A stretch of 64,000 bases of DNA from Ramazzottius varieornatus. Its lineage: Eukaryota > Animalia > Tardigrada. Position 1 is the stretch's first letter; each line of letters opens with the position of its first letter. Location of the stretch: positions 2,043,826-2,107,825 of the forward strand of contig BDGG01000002.1 of NCBI GenBank assembly GCA_001949185.1, written 5' to 3'. The position numbers and the translations under genes are program-made. This document shows, piece after piece, positions 43,612-56,737 of this stretch. The notes under the pieces are model-generated. The model worked only from the letters and a program-made list of their open reading frames with translations, was not told where the DNA came from and did not search any database.

Positions 43612-44261
43612 CGTGCTCGTAGCCTCGTAGCTTATATCACTCCAGAGGATTCATCCTTCAACCGGTTGCATCCCGGAGGCAAAGCAGAGCAGGATAGGCA
43701 TAAATAAACTGGTTTCTGGGCGGCAGGAGTACACTCAGTCGTTCATGAGAATCGAGAACGTCCAGACTCCAGACTGCTATTCCGATTTCCGGAGGCCTGA
43801 CAATCAAGTGAAATATCGAAATGACGTCATGACAAACGCAATGATTGCCACAGCGCGGTTTATGAAATATAGAGGGTACTCAAGTTCCAGCCATGGGGAG
43901 GTAACGAGGACTATTCCGTCACTCACCCTCTGTAGACAAAGCATCGTGAGAACAACTAAACAGAATTATCGCAGGCCACATTTTTGGATTTCTTCCATTG
44001 GGAATTGGCTCCGATTGCTCGTTCATGTTTAGGACTTAGGATGTCTCTCGTCTAGGGCTCAGCCTATTTTTATATAATTCGCAGTCACGAAGGACTCTGG
44101 GACGGGAGGACAGAAGGAATCGGCCAGCTAAGGGGGAGTACAGGACATCAAGGTACTGTACGCTACTTCAGTTCCGTACTTCTGTCTGACTTCGAATGGC
44201 ATCATTATCATTCCGTGTGGCTTAGCTCGTGGCTCATGCATCTTTCCTCTAGGATTTCAGC

Positions 44262-46343
44262 ATGGCGGACCCTCTATCGGTCTTACGAGACTTTCATTTG
44301 GCCAAGAAGGATATCATCCAGCGCGACGATCTCATCATCTTCGACACGATCGCCTTCAAGAAGACAGCCAAGACCAACTACCTTGTCTACGGGTGCGTAT
44401 GTCCTCCTGCCCTTCGTTACCCTTAATCTTCTCCTGCATGTCCCTTTATCTTCCAGGCACGAAGAGGATGCGCAGGAGAAAGAGTATTACACGCTGGAAT
44501 GCCTCGTGTTCTTCCTGAAGCATGCAGAAACTTTAAGCCATCCTTTATACGTTCGGAAAGCCACGGTAAGAAATGACACCTATGACGTCATGGTCAGATG
44601 TTTATCTGCGCATATTCAACGTACTCATATCACGTGGGTGATGACGTCAAGAGGTGGTTTTTGTATTAGGCTGAGAACATGACAGTGGTGAAGCGTCCCG
44701 ATCGTCAAGACTTGCTCAAGTATCTGACCGGTGAGATCGACACCACTAAACGCATCGATCGTCGAGCGCCCATCGAGCTCCACGACGTGTCCTTTAAGCG
44801 AGTAGCCGAAGAAGAGTCGCGTCCCGCTACACGACGGCCTCGCGTGGAGAACGAGCGAACACTGAACCAGCGCGAGAAGATCGTAGCCAAGTTTGATGCA
44901 CGCAAAGACGAGCGTATCACAGTCAACCCCGAAAACAAGGCCTCATTAGCCCAAGCCATGGATGCCGAGAAGCTGGCCGCCTTAAAAGCTCAGTATTTGA
45001 ACAAGAAACGAAACCGTATCCGAGCTGACGATGATGTAACGGCCAACAGAGACTTGGCCGCCCTGGCTGACAGTGAATCCGACGGGCTGAAGGAAATTCT
45101 CGCCAGAGAACGAGTTTGTCGGACTCGAAACGATGTTACTAGAGGCCCAAAAGATCTAACAGCCAGACTTCAGCCCATTTTCGCCATGTTGAAGGCAAAA
45201 GAAGAAGGGAAGAAGACCGATATCAAGAATGTTTCAGTAAAGGTAAACTGTTCCGGTTGATCTGAAAGAACTTGATTGGGTTGGTTTTGATTAACAGCTT
45301 CGGTTTTTCTTTTTAGCCATCTTTTCCGGCAGCCAAGACGTCCTCGGTTCCCACGCAGTACAGTCGGTACGACCAGGAACAGTTCAACAAGGAGACGGTG
45401 ACGGACTTTGGAATCAACACCAGCAGTTCGTATCGAGCTGCCAAGATTGAACCAGCCAAAGCCACCGACAGCGCAACAGACGCTGTCGATGCCCAGAGAA
45501 AATCGCGTGTGTCTAGAACACCTATCATCGTCGTACCCTCCGCACCTACTTCCATGATTACCATGTATAATTGTAAAGATATCCTGGAAGGCAATGTGTA
45601 AGTGTTCTAAAGCAAAACTTGAATACACGAGAGCTTGGCAAACAACCTCTACAAGATTTCTCCTTATGAGCGGCGCACGTTCTCGAAGATACAGGTTGGA
45701 AGCATGCGCCACATGGGAAAGGATTCTGTCCGGTTTGAGTGATTTCTCACGTGGCGCACATTGTCGGTTTCACTAGCTGTACACGTGCGCCACTTCAGAG
45801 AAACCTTCTCCTCGAGCTGGTTTGCCGAGATTTCGTACAGTAAAAGTATCAAGGAAGATATTTCTGCAGGTTTGTGGATTCGGAGACAAAGAAAAAATCT
45901 GGCACCAAGTACGAAAGCGAGATGTTGATTCAGCGCAAGAAGGCCGATGGCTCGGTGGTGCCGATCCGTGTGATGGACAATCCTGTTGGCAAGCTGAAAG
46001 GGGAAGACTGGGACCGAGTGGTGGCCGTCTTTGTCCACGGACCGGCTTGGCAGTTTAAAGATTGGCCTTGGAATGCCAACATCGTTGATATCCTTGACAA
46101 AAGTAAGCGTTCTTTTTTCTCGGCGAATTAGATTGCTGATCTGACGGTGTGTTTGGTGTTTCAGTCAAGGGTTTCCATATCAAATACGAAGAGATGCCGT
46201 TGGATAAGAATGTGGGCTCATGGAACGTGCAAGTTGTCCCCCTCAGTCGGACCAAGCGCCACCTGGATCGGGCCAGCTTCCTCAAGTTGTGGGAAAACCT
46301 CGATAAGTTTGTTTTGAAGAGTAAACATCAGCTGCGCTGGTGA
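44262..46343 (+). CDS. CDC73: Parafibromin, PAF1 complex subunit
   Basis: [11 protein letters not shown]...KTNYLVYG|..[14 protein letters not shown]; [17 protein letters not shown]; YSRYDQEQF; [20 protein letters not shown]; [22 protein letters not shown]; KRHLDRA. Confidence 0.95.
45670..45793. repeat. Family A doublet, CDC73 intron
   Basis: Cores at 45670 and 45751, both N27. Confidence 0.85.
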
Positions 46344-48604
46344 ATGTGCCGTAGCATTCCTTTTGGCTTTTTCTTTGGCTACAGTGCTTACGCCAGTGCC
46401 TGTCCTCTTCCTTTTTCCACTGGTGTTTACTCCTCGAGAGCCGAAAGGTTTATCGCTTTCTTCTTTATGTCTTGTGTTGCAGCGCGTAGATGTCCACGGA
46501 TGAGGTTTTGTAGGTATACGCACGAAGTGAAAGTCTGGACCAGTTAAAAGTCGGGGCCAAGCGAAAACGACAGCAACGTAAAATTTAACCGTACAGGGTA
46601 ACGGGGTTTTGAAAACTGTAACATTTACTACTTCCGCACCAGTCCTCCTGCCTACAGATTTCGTTCTCGGACATCTCAAACATTTGCAATTTTTTCTTCA
46701 CGTTTCTGCAAATATCGCGCGTCACCCCAAAAATACATTGCAGAATGTTCCGACAAGGCGGAAACCGAGGTCTCGCTGCGGACCGGTATACTTGCATGGC
46801 TGAGCGTAACTCGCTGCCGAACGAAAACTTTAAAAAACTTTCCGCCAACGCTATGTTGCTTAAAACTTCGTAGGCCACTGGATGAAGTTTAGCCTCATTG
46901 TGATATTCCACGTTGGTGAGTTCTGTGACGGTCAACTGGGTGACCGGCACTGACTGTAGTGAAACTTTTTCCTTTATTCTCACTATGCGAACCTAAGACG
47001 GCAAACTATATTCTAGTCACAAGCACGCGTAAGTATTAGTTGGGTAGTAATGATCCGACTGGTCTCACTAGTCTGACGTTTCAGCAATAAATATTTGAAA
47101 TAAAATAAGGGTTTTTAACATCTTGAGCACCACGCTATTTCAGGCTTTGAGAATACGAGGTGGGAAAGTCACTTTCGTCTCTTTTTAATTGGTCAAAACC
47201 AGGGGACGGTGCCAAATTGGGCCAATCGTAACCTACTCGACCGGCTAGAATTTGGGAACATGGTGTAAAGTGCGCCACCTACCGAGTCTAAACGGCGAAC
47301 CTTCATGATTTTGTCTTGACCACTGGGCAGATCTTTTCACGAATCTGAAACTTTCCCAACATGCAAAATGTTTGGTCCCAAGCTACAATTGTTTTGGAGA
47401 ATTCCGGACCAACCGACATCATGGCGGGAATTCAGTCGGCTGGCTACGGAGAAATTCGATCAAGAACGGAAAAAAAACCCTGACAGTTTTGTAGAGCTAC
47501 TGACCAGTGACCGTTAGTTGCAGTTTGAAGGGAAGTTGATTCTTCAGGCCAGCGCGAAAAATCGAGCAGCAAAAGTTTAACTGGAATCTCGCTACATACA
47601 AAGTAATGTGCGCCAAGAAAGTGAGTTTCCCGCCCGGTGCTCATGACCTAACCGAAAAATGCCACCTACAAAGCATATTGTAGTCCAAGCAGAGGAAGCT
47701 TTTCTTGCAAAAGTATACGCGATGAAGAGAAGATTTGAAAGCGACACTTTGAGAACGATGCGAAACTCTTTTCAAGATTAGCTTCTCAAAAACGCCCAAG
47801 CCCCAAACTGTATTTTTCTACTTTCGATATGCTACCCTTCAAGTGGCGCCGTTCAGAAAGGAAAAGCGTCACCTAGCGGAATCAGACCGGCTTTTCGTAA
47901 ATCGTGGATACCCTGATGCCGATATACTGATTTGCAGTACCTACGTTTTCTACCGGTGTGTTCATAATAACAGCCCGAAGGTTCAAAAGGTGGTTGACAC
48001 TTTTGACTTTTCCTTTCGGAAGAAAAATTGCGCGAGTTAGACCGGTCGTTTTCAGTCCGAAGGGTACACACCGAAAACGAGATTTGTATGTTTGGAATCT
48101 TCAGTTCATACGGAGAAGCAATGAGTAACCAGCAGCTTTCGCAGATGATAATGATAAACTAGGCCCAGCTAAGAATAGAATGAATCGGCCACAGTACAGT
48201 ACAGTACACACTTCGATCAGGATCATGCTTCTCGAGACTTCCAGGGCGGCTGTTTGTATCCTTCGAACAGTTTATCTGTCCGTAAACATCCTCTTGTACC
48301 ACTAATGAGTAACATTCCGACAATCTTGCAAGCTTCCCTTACGGTTTCAGCTTTTATTGTCGATGAAAGAGTCAACAGATACTGGGAATCGTAGCTTCTC
48401 CACACTAGTTTGTCGAAAGCTTCCTCGTCAGCTTCTGCCATTCATACTTCTCTGTCCCCCACTCTTCCTCTTTTTTCCCAGCTTACCAAGTACTGCGAGT
48501 ACTTAGTCTTGGTTATTGAATTCCGATTCTGACTTGTCGAAGTGAATATTTGTGGTGTCAGGTTTCGGTCTCGAAAACGGTGAGCATTTTCGTTGCTGGA
48601 TGAA

Positions 48605-49539
48605 ATGGCACCGATCTTCCGCTCGTGTGGACCTCTTTCCTTACGGACGGCTTGCTTCCTCATTGCTTTCTACACCTTCGTAAGTTTCGCTGATTCCACC
48701 TTTCCAAATTTTCGTTTCCGTATTTACTTCGTTAGAATGAACTTCGCCGAGCAGTTCTTGTTGGCTTACAGGCTCTGGCAATTTTATTGCTGTCGCTAAA
48801 CGCCCACGACTATTATTATGCCAGCCAATACATGGTCTGGTCAAGGATTATCAGCTTCGTTTTCGCGGTGGTACTCTTCTTCGCCGCGATTTGTCTCCTT
48901 GGCGGCCTCAACCGAGTAAAGAAATTTGTTTTGTGCCATATACTGTACATAGAATCTCTACTAACTAGTCCCTTATATAAACTTTTGATTATTCCATTTA
49001 GAACTCTCGACAGCTCCACAACGTATGGATTTTGGCTTTCGGCGTCTTCATCATCTATCAAGTTAGCTCGATAGCCTGGAATATTTACTACTACACGGAT
49101 GCCTACAATCCGGTAAGGACTTGCGACCAAAATCTCGTACAGCAAAAATTTTCCCAAACGAGTACATGACTGTCGAAACTATTTCAGGTACCAGTTGTGG
49201 TGCGATCGTCCATGTTGTCGAATATCATCGTCAATGGTTTGCTAGTCTTCCTGAACGTGAGTTTGATTCCTCAAATGGAATACTGGCGAATGAAACGTAC
49301 ATGACCTTCATTGTGTGTCGCACCCCTCCAGCCGGTAACGACGAAAAAGTGCGCCAGTTGAGATAACGCTTATGTACGTCTCGTTCGCCGGCTCCCAAAT
49401 GTGTAAAATGGAAACAAAGGAACACCAACGCTTAGTTCGATAAGGTGCACTGTCCACCCGCCTTGATGGCTGTTTTTTCTTTCAGGTTTTATGCCTGATA
49501 ACCGTCCACAGTCATCGGGAAACCATCATTGGACTGTGA
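48605..49539 (+). CDS. Small four-transmembrane protein (LAPTM/tetraspan-like; 5 exons)
   Basis: In-frame splicing: MAPIFRSCGPLSLRTACFLIAFYTF|ALAILLL...AAICLLGGLNR|NSRQLHNVWILAFGVFIIYQV...|VPVVV...LLVFLN|VLCLITVHSHRETIIGL*. Confidence 0.7.
49285..49389. repeat. Family A core (49315-49357, N27) with self-complementary private outer arms, intron of the 4-TM gene
   Basis: GTGTCGCA-27-TGCGCCAG; GGCGAATGAAACGTACAT / ATGTACGTCTCGTTCGCC. Confidence 0.75.
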
Positions 49540-50092
49540 GGAACCCTCGGTTCATCGGCCGGAGTCAGCGTGATGGTGAGCCATGCTAACGGCTGTTTCA
49601 CTCCCGAAGTGACTACCACAGCGGTTCTGTCCAACATTCTGCGTATGTCAAAGTTGATTAACGCGTCGTAATGTGTTCGCCAGATGTTTTTGACATGTCC
49701 CATTAAAGAACTCTGGCAATCGGGGAGCTCGAACCATTGCTCATTTCAGTTTTCTATTTTTAGCAGTTTCCAATATTTGTATCAACATCCCATAACGAGC
49801 TCGAAAAAACTTCACTCCAGATCTTTCGACGTACAGTTTGATGGTAGTTCTTTCTTGAGAATAAAACGACGCCTTTTTCCGTCCTTCGAAAACAAATTCA
49901 GAAAACTCAGCGGTCATAAAAAAGGCAACAAGTTCGGGTCTTGCAGGATCTTCAACGGAAGGGGAATGCACTTTGAGCAAAGGAAGGAAGTATCTCGAAA
50001 TCACAGAAACGAACAACCGGTATACTTTGCGAAAATAGAGATCTAACTATATTGATCAAAACGTTCGGAAGATCATAAAATCAAGTGTGCAG

Positions 50093-51984
50093 CTACAGTT
50101 CCATTTTATAAACTCTGGCTTTCTTGAACGGTTTCAGCTTCTGTTTCGGGTCTTCCACATCTTCTTGATTGTAGCTTTCCTCCATGCTGAGCACCTGCTC
50201 TTGTTCTTGCATGTCTCGGAACTCGCCTTCCACAGCCTCCAAGACGATCTCTTTCAGCTTGGCGATTTCCGGCGCTTCCAGCATTTCCAGCAGTGCAGCG
50301 TTAGGACCCGCTGCTTCGCCGACAATCTGGACATTGATCGGCGCACCCATATCACCCAGTCGTTGTTCAATGCTCCGTTGAATGTCACGTCGTCGTCGCT
50401 GAGCGGGATTCATGTCGGCCAAGACGTCGTCCAGGTTCCGTGCGCGCGATCTGGGCTGCTGACCGAATATGGAGTTCATCAGATCGGCCATTTCTTGTTC
50501 GGTCTGTTTCGTGGAAGGTTTGATGACGGTGGAAGATGAAAGACGCTTTATGCGAGGCTTGAAAGCCATCGCTGAACCCGGCTTTGCCAATGCTGCAGAC
50601 AATAAACAGTGAGGACACCTTTGGCAAAATCAGCTGTCTGACGTAATGACATACCACGCAAAAGAGGACGTCACACAATTGGTTCTACTACTGAGGCTAA
50701 CACGCGTTAGATAAGCAGACTCCAACACAGCAGCGTGAGCAACAAACCAATAAAAAACCAACATGCTACCGAATTTCGCACCTGGAATCTGGCTTGGTGG
50801 CTGTCCTTCCGTCCACTTCTTCGCTTCTGCTTTACTGGCAATCTCTGCTTCGACTTTTGCATTCTTTTCTTTCACGGTCTTCTTCGCCACTTTGGGGTTG
50901 CAGACGATCTGGCCGATCTGCTTGGGCTGTTTGTTAAAGTAGTCGAGGCGGCAGAGTCTTTTGGTGAAGATGGTCACTTCATAAATGCAAGACGAGGTCT
51001 CCTCCACTTTCAGGATGGCATCACGGATACCCACCATGTTGGCGTTGCACAACAGCTTTACTTTAGCCTCTCGAGGCTTCCCGATAACATCACACATGGC
51101 GCCGTTACGGTAATACTGGATGTGTTGCCTGTCGGGCTTCCTCAGCGCTTCCTGCAAACACGGAAGTCAATCACGATACGTCAATCAACTCAGTTGCCCA
51201 ACCAAAACAATCAATCAATAAACAATATTCGGAAAAGAATTTCGGAATATCTCGCACTCTTCACGAAGAAAATTCCATCTTTAAAGCAGCCAGTTAGTAA
51301 TTTTAACATTCCTGTGGATAAAAAGGAAAAACAAACCTTGGCGGTAACATTATCCCAGTTGAACTCCTCATTAAAGTATCCCAGTGTAATGACAGGTTCC
51401 TTGATAACGCCGTTTTCCACATGGAACTGAGTGATATCTTTGTGGAAACAGAATTCGTAATGCCACCATCCGTTTGTTGGCTGTCGAAAATTTTCAAAGA
51501 TGAAGAGAGCGAGTATCCCTGCAGAGAAATCATATCAAATTCTGGGGGAGTTTTTACCATGCGGATACAGTCGCTGGCGGCCATCTGGGACTGGACAGAG
51601 GCTCCGTCAGGCAGGAGCGAAGTGACAACCTCGGCTGTTGTCATATTGAATTCCTCCTTCACCGACTGATTCCGTACTTCGGGGACGGAGCAAACAAACG
51701 GCTGGCCTTTTTTGTTTTGCATAATGACAGTTCGTTTCTAGAAGGAAAAAAGTTAGAGTCTTTGACCATCGCGAGAAAAACAAGCAACCAGAAGTAGAAA
51801 CATCCGTACACGTCAGCATCAATCGACAATCAATGGACTGACTCACGTGCTGAACGTCGCCGACCAGCTGCATCGTCTTTTCCTTCGGTCCAATAGTAAT
51901 CCGGTAGGTGCCATCATCCCCAAAGGAAGCGGCAGAGTAGGTAGTGCCAATTAGAACGAAAAAATGGAAGCAGAAGTAAATCAT
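50093..51984 (-). CDS. OS9: ER lectin OS-9 (single MRH domain)
   Basis: Signal peptide; MQNKKGQPFVCSVP; GWWHYEFCFHKDITQFH; QYYRNGAMCDVIGKPREAKVKLLC...VEETSSCIYEVTIFTKRLC; ends in KMEL. Confidence 0.82.
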
Positions 51985-52257
51985 GGCCAGAGATTTTCCG
52001 TCATCTCCTGGGGACAAATCTGCTCCTGCTTTTGACTTTTTGACCAGTGTTCACTGTGTTCGGCAGGTAAACATTACTGTACGTGAAACATAGAATGGCC
52101 CGTCAGAAGCGCTGAGTCGTATAGAGGTAACATCATCCGTGACGAATTCCAGTGACTGGATTAGCTGCTTAGAAAACAAAATTAGCAAATTACATGGCTT
52201 GACTTAGCATTGATTTAAAGAGCCTATTTTATTTAATAAATGATTTCGATCGAGGAA

Positions 52258-52535
52258 CTAGGTTTCCGTCAGGTCCCAAGCGCGCGTCAGCCAGTCTCCT
52301 TGTGGACCAATGGTCCATGAGATTTTCCGGCCCACAATGGTAAAAGCAAGTCTCTGTCCAATAGATTTCGGGCAATTTAACACAGGGGTCCAGATTTATA
52401 ATAGGGGTCCAGACTCCTTGGTATTAGGGGGGCCCTCAAGCTGGTCCATGAAATTTTTTTCAGGCTTCCCTGGCCACATAGTCCGGTTCGTCAGATTTTC
52501 GGGCCTCGACACGCGTTTGCGTCAGGCTAAACTGG
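52258..52535. mobile_element. Possible degenerate non-autonomous DNA transposon with repeated GGTCC/GGACC motifs
   Basis: Several GGTCCA motifs and weak inverted ends (CAAGCGCGCGTC / GACACGCGTTTG). No target-site duplication identified. Confidence 0.3.
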
Positions 52536-53225
52536 CCAAACTGCTTTTGAATTCCGAGACAATTTGAGTCAAAAATTCTAACGATAAGTTGTAAAGTTGT
52601 GCAACTCATTCAAGTTAATACAAATTGAGTTAATTAACACTCGACCGAAGACCGAACCGTACCATTCGCACGGGACGACAGTACTGTTGTACGAGCGGAC
52701 AGTGTACCTAGTGTAACGGCGTACCAAGAAGTCGAGGACCCAACCGGAAGTTCTGCTGATCGGACCTTCCTTTTCCGAAACCTCGGTTTTCGGAACCGCT
52801 GGGTTACCGCCTTTCAGGTTCGATCTTGTTCCGGGGCAGGTTAAAAAGTTAACAAAAGTTCCCTGATAATGCATTCAATTGTGTAAATTAACATGAAATC
52901 AGGCAGCTTGTCTGCAAGCTTGCCTGGAGCAAAGAACAAGACACGTATTGCCCGCCGCAGGACAAACGATTTCGAGATTTCGAGCCATGGTTTTTCTGCA
53001 CAATCTCACAAAGACGCCGACCCAACGAGCCTTTCCGAAAGACTTTATGCCTATTGCTAAAAATGACACCTCAGTCTTCTGAAGTTCGGGTCATCTTTTC
53101 ATACTCAGTGGTATCTTACGGGCATGGATTTCAGTTTGCTGGGGAGTCCCTTTATATAAATTTTTTGCCTCGTCCATAACATGCAGTGTGAATTCTAGAT
53201 AAGCCATAATTATCAAGGCATTCTA

Positions 53226-53606
53226 ATGATTGGAATCATAATCGTGGGCATCCTCGTTTTCCTATTCTTAATTATTATTCGGCGTCGCATCGTAAAATTG
53301 TTCACCTATTGGAAGAAGAACGATGAAGAGCGTGTTCCGGTCGTCAACTTTTCCAAGAGTCCTCCCACACCGGGTGGATCTGGCGATACCACAGCGCCAC
53401 TTGCAGCTGCGGCAGATGGGGCTGGCGCACTGTCACCAACCGGCGACTCTTACCAGGACGCGGATCCGTCTCAAGGAGGAAAGGTACCACACGTCACCAT
53501 CAACCTGTCCCAAGAAGGTGTACCCAAGAACAGCAAGTTCCAGCAGGCGGCGTTCCGAAGTAGTATCGATCTCGTCAAAGCGTACCTCCGATCTTTTACC
53601 GACTGA
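53226..53606 (+). CDS. Small single-pass (signal-anchor) membrane protein, 126 aa
   Basis: MIGIIIVGILVFLFLIII followed by basic RRR. Intact single-exon ORF with AATAAA at about 53722. Confidence 0.55.
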   Translation: MIGIIIVGILVFLFLIIIRRRIVKLFTYWKKNDEERVPVVNFSKSPPTPGGSGDTTAPLAAAADGAGALSPTGDSYQDADPSQGGKVPHVTINLSQEGVPKNSKFQQAAFRSSIDLVKAYLRSFTD

Positions 53607-54418
53607 TGAAAGAGGGAATTTGTGCTAAACCTTCGCCCTTAATGGTCACCTAGCCGGCAGCATAGTGTACTGTCGACCAGTCACGTATGCAGACGTTAGG
53701 GAATTGGACGGAAATAATTCCAATAAAAACGACAGACTGGAATACTGATTGATATTACGTAAATGCCATTTTTTAGTGTTCAAATGTATGTGGTTTTTAT
53801 AATATCTTAATACAGTATTCGCCGTTACCGATCATTACCAGAATCGAGTACGAGTAACCAGGTGAGTTTGATTCTTGGTCACTCGAGGGTAGGTGGACCG
53901 ATTTCTGTTTATTTTACTGCTTTGACCGAGAAGCTTTTCTGAAATCGCCGGCAGCAATTGACGCCACTACCGAAGCTTTGGGTCTCTGCCGTGTTGACAT
54001 TGTCTGATTAAAACAAGCCTGTTGTTTTGCGCAGTCGAATGACGAAGAGAGACGACATTCTGTAACAAGCTGATGAAAACTTTGGCAGGTCCTTCACAAA
54101 TCTAGGGTTCATGAGTGGAACCTGCGCCAGATTGGGCCCCTTTCACTCAATCCTCTTCGAAGGGGATACTTATTAAATCAAAACCAACATTGACAAGCCC
54201 ATCTCTAGCCGCGGCTCTGTGCACATATAAGCAGGAAGAAATCGTTCCTCAAACCAGTCGTCAGTTCCTTTCTCTGCTCTCCCACGTCGTGTCCTTTCTG
54301 GTCGCGGAGAATTCTGTCAGAGTCTCGTTTCATTCAATTTGAATCGACGCTGCCAAACCCGAAGGCCGCAGGAGCGAAAGATTCTTCTACAGATTTCGCT
54401 GTGCTCCAGGTCGCCACC

Positions 54419-54986
54419 ATGCAGTCCCAAAGCAGTCTTGCCGTTGTCGTACTTGCCGCCATTGTTTCGCTTCAATGCATTACGGCCTGCTTCGTGACCA
54501 ACTGTCCCCCCGGTGGAAAACGATCAGTATTCAATTTCGCACCAACTCTTCGAACCTCACCACGACAGGTGAGGTACTTTATAGTGTATTTGTAGTGTAT
54601 GAATTGTGAGCGTCTGACGGTGAGCATTTTAATCGGTAGTGCATGTCCTGTGGGCCTAACGGTAAAGGTCAGTGTTTCGGCTCGAGCATCTGCTGTGGAG
54701 CGTCTTTCGGATGCCTGATTGGCACGGAAGAGAGCGCCGTTTGCCAGAAGGAAAACTACGTCAGAACGCCATGCTTCAACCGTGGGACGGCTTGCGGCAT
54801 CAACAACAAGGGACTTTGCGCTGCCGATGGCGTCTGCTGTACTGAAAGTAAGGCCTCTCAAGCACGCAGCATCTGGAAATCAGTATTACGGTGACCTATG
54901 TTTTCCACGCAGGTGGATGCTCAAGCGACGAAAAGTGCACGCTTACTTCCTCGTTGGCTCTCCGGTCCGTGTACAGCTCGCAGTGA
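54419..54986 (+). CDS. Oxytocin/vasopressin-like neuropeptide-neurophysin precursor (mature CFVTNCPPG-amide; 3 coding exons)
   Basis: GCCACCATG start; signal peptide; CFVTNCPPG-GKR; neurophysin CMSCGPNGKGQCFGSSICCG...CQKENY..TPC...CAADGVCCTE|SGCSSDEKC, with the classic three-exon layout. Confidence 0.96.
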
Positions 54987-55761
54987 CGTACTCGTTGGTC
55001 AGGAACCAAAAAATATAACGTCATTGAACCTTCCCTCGTGAAACTTCCCCCTCTTTCTTGGCAGCATCCGTTTCACGTAGAAAAAGGCTTGCGAATTAGA
55101 CTTTCCTAAGGAAAGGTGGTATTGTTGAATATTCCTGGCAATGACTGCTCGTACTGTCCAATATATGTTTTTACGAGAGTTTCCCCTCTCCCCCAACGTG
55201 GCTGCTGGCTTGAGCCCCCCTGATAACCGCTGTTTTCCGCAAAGCTCTGTTGACGGAATGATCCTTCATTTTCTGCAACTTTCCATGGCGTCCATGGTAT
55301 GTACTTTGTCGGTTCCCTGATTCCCTGGGTTATCTTTCCGAAAAGTAATACGCTAACTGACGCCAACCCTACGTGGTTTCCCGTGCAAGAGAGAGAGACC
55401 AGAGTGCCTGCCTTCTTTAACCATTGAGATCAGTCGCGATACCCTGAGTGTACTTTACACAATATCCTCACCCATCCCGAAGCTTCCTAAGTACAAAAGA
55501 AACCCCCGAATTACAGTATAAAGTGCAGCAATACGAGTCAGAAGCGTAAAAGCGACTTCGTACTAAGCGAGAACAAAAACTATACAAAAAATACTGTGTA
55601 AAAAATACAAAAATTCGGCTGAGCGAGTAAGAAAGACCGATAAGAAGAATTGGTATTTCGAACAAGAAATAAAAACGGACTGAGGAATGAGCCGTACAAC
55701 CTGAGATTCGTCCTGGAAACTCTCCAGAGTTTAGTCCTTGGCCGTCCATCATCATAAGACC

Positions 55762-56737
55762 TCAGCGTCCATTGACGTCGGTCGACCACATGGTGGTATC
55801 GAAGAATGTGGGGAAGAGTGGTGGCAGGACAGGTACAACACTGCCTCGTGAGCCATACGTCACCACCGCTTCTTCGGTTTCTTCGGTGGGTCCACTTCGG
55901 GTGCTGACCAGCGCATCGTAACAGCTGCGGAAATTTTCGTCCTGCTTGCAGTCGTTGACATTGTTCTGTAAAAGCAGGCAAGTAGCGACATACTGTAATG
56001 TCAGTTGCTTTTCTGGACAGGCACGCTCTTCAAAAACGACACCACGAACCTTAATGATCATCAAATCAGTGGCGTCAGTGTTGCTGGTGTCAACCGAATA
56101 TGGATTACTTCGGTCCATCATCTGGACGATCTTCAGGAGCGAGCAAAACCCTTCCATGGAGGCCATCTAAAACAGCAAACCTCGCCGTGAACAATGCGCA
56201 ATGTACTCTAAGCGGGTTGGAAATATGGGTTAAGCTGATGAGCATGCCTTTCTCCTGCGAAAATGGCTGACAGGGCTGTGCCAGGCACGGACGTGTTCGA
56301 GATATCCATCACAATATCGCAGCAATAGAGCGAAGTTAGTTAGCTACTATACCTTGAGTAAGCGAATACTGTTCTCCCTGCAGAACGCTTCCATGAGCAA
56401 CAGGTGGACATGTTTCAGCGGATCGGTCTGCTCCTTGACATACGGGATAACACAGACCAATATGGACTGGGGGTCACTGTTATAGAAAATAAAACACAGG
56501 TTAGCACATATTCGTCATAAAATGTCTTACCGTCGCCATTAAACTGTGAAAGACGAAACATATGACAGAACTTAAATTAGAAGTGAGAATAATATCCACA
56601 GGGTGTTCTTACTAATCCAAAATTTCGAAAGAGTCACTTAAGCCCAAGGACAGTCCGTTGGAATTAATGGCCGCATTGAAGCTGGCCACTAACGCTTCGC
56701 ATACAGCTTGAATGCGCTCCTCAGCATAATCGTTCAT
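55762..56737 (-). CDS. GADD45: Growth arrest and DNA damage-inducible protein GADD45-like, with C-terminal extension
   Basis: MNDYAEERIQAVCEALVASFNAAINSNGLSLGLSDSFEILD|YDPQSILVCVIP...HVHLLLMEAFCRENSIRLLK|... matches GADD45 (V..AL...L..A......VG.......L..DPD.V.LC.L...HFTLIQAFC.EN.I.I.RV). Confidence 0.82.

Noticed and set aside
47200-47880. Half-sites TGCGCCAC (47271), TGCGCCAA (47609) and GTGGCGCC (47843)
   Set aside because: No partner arm at 26-29 bp, so not counted among the 19 cores.
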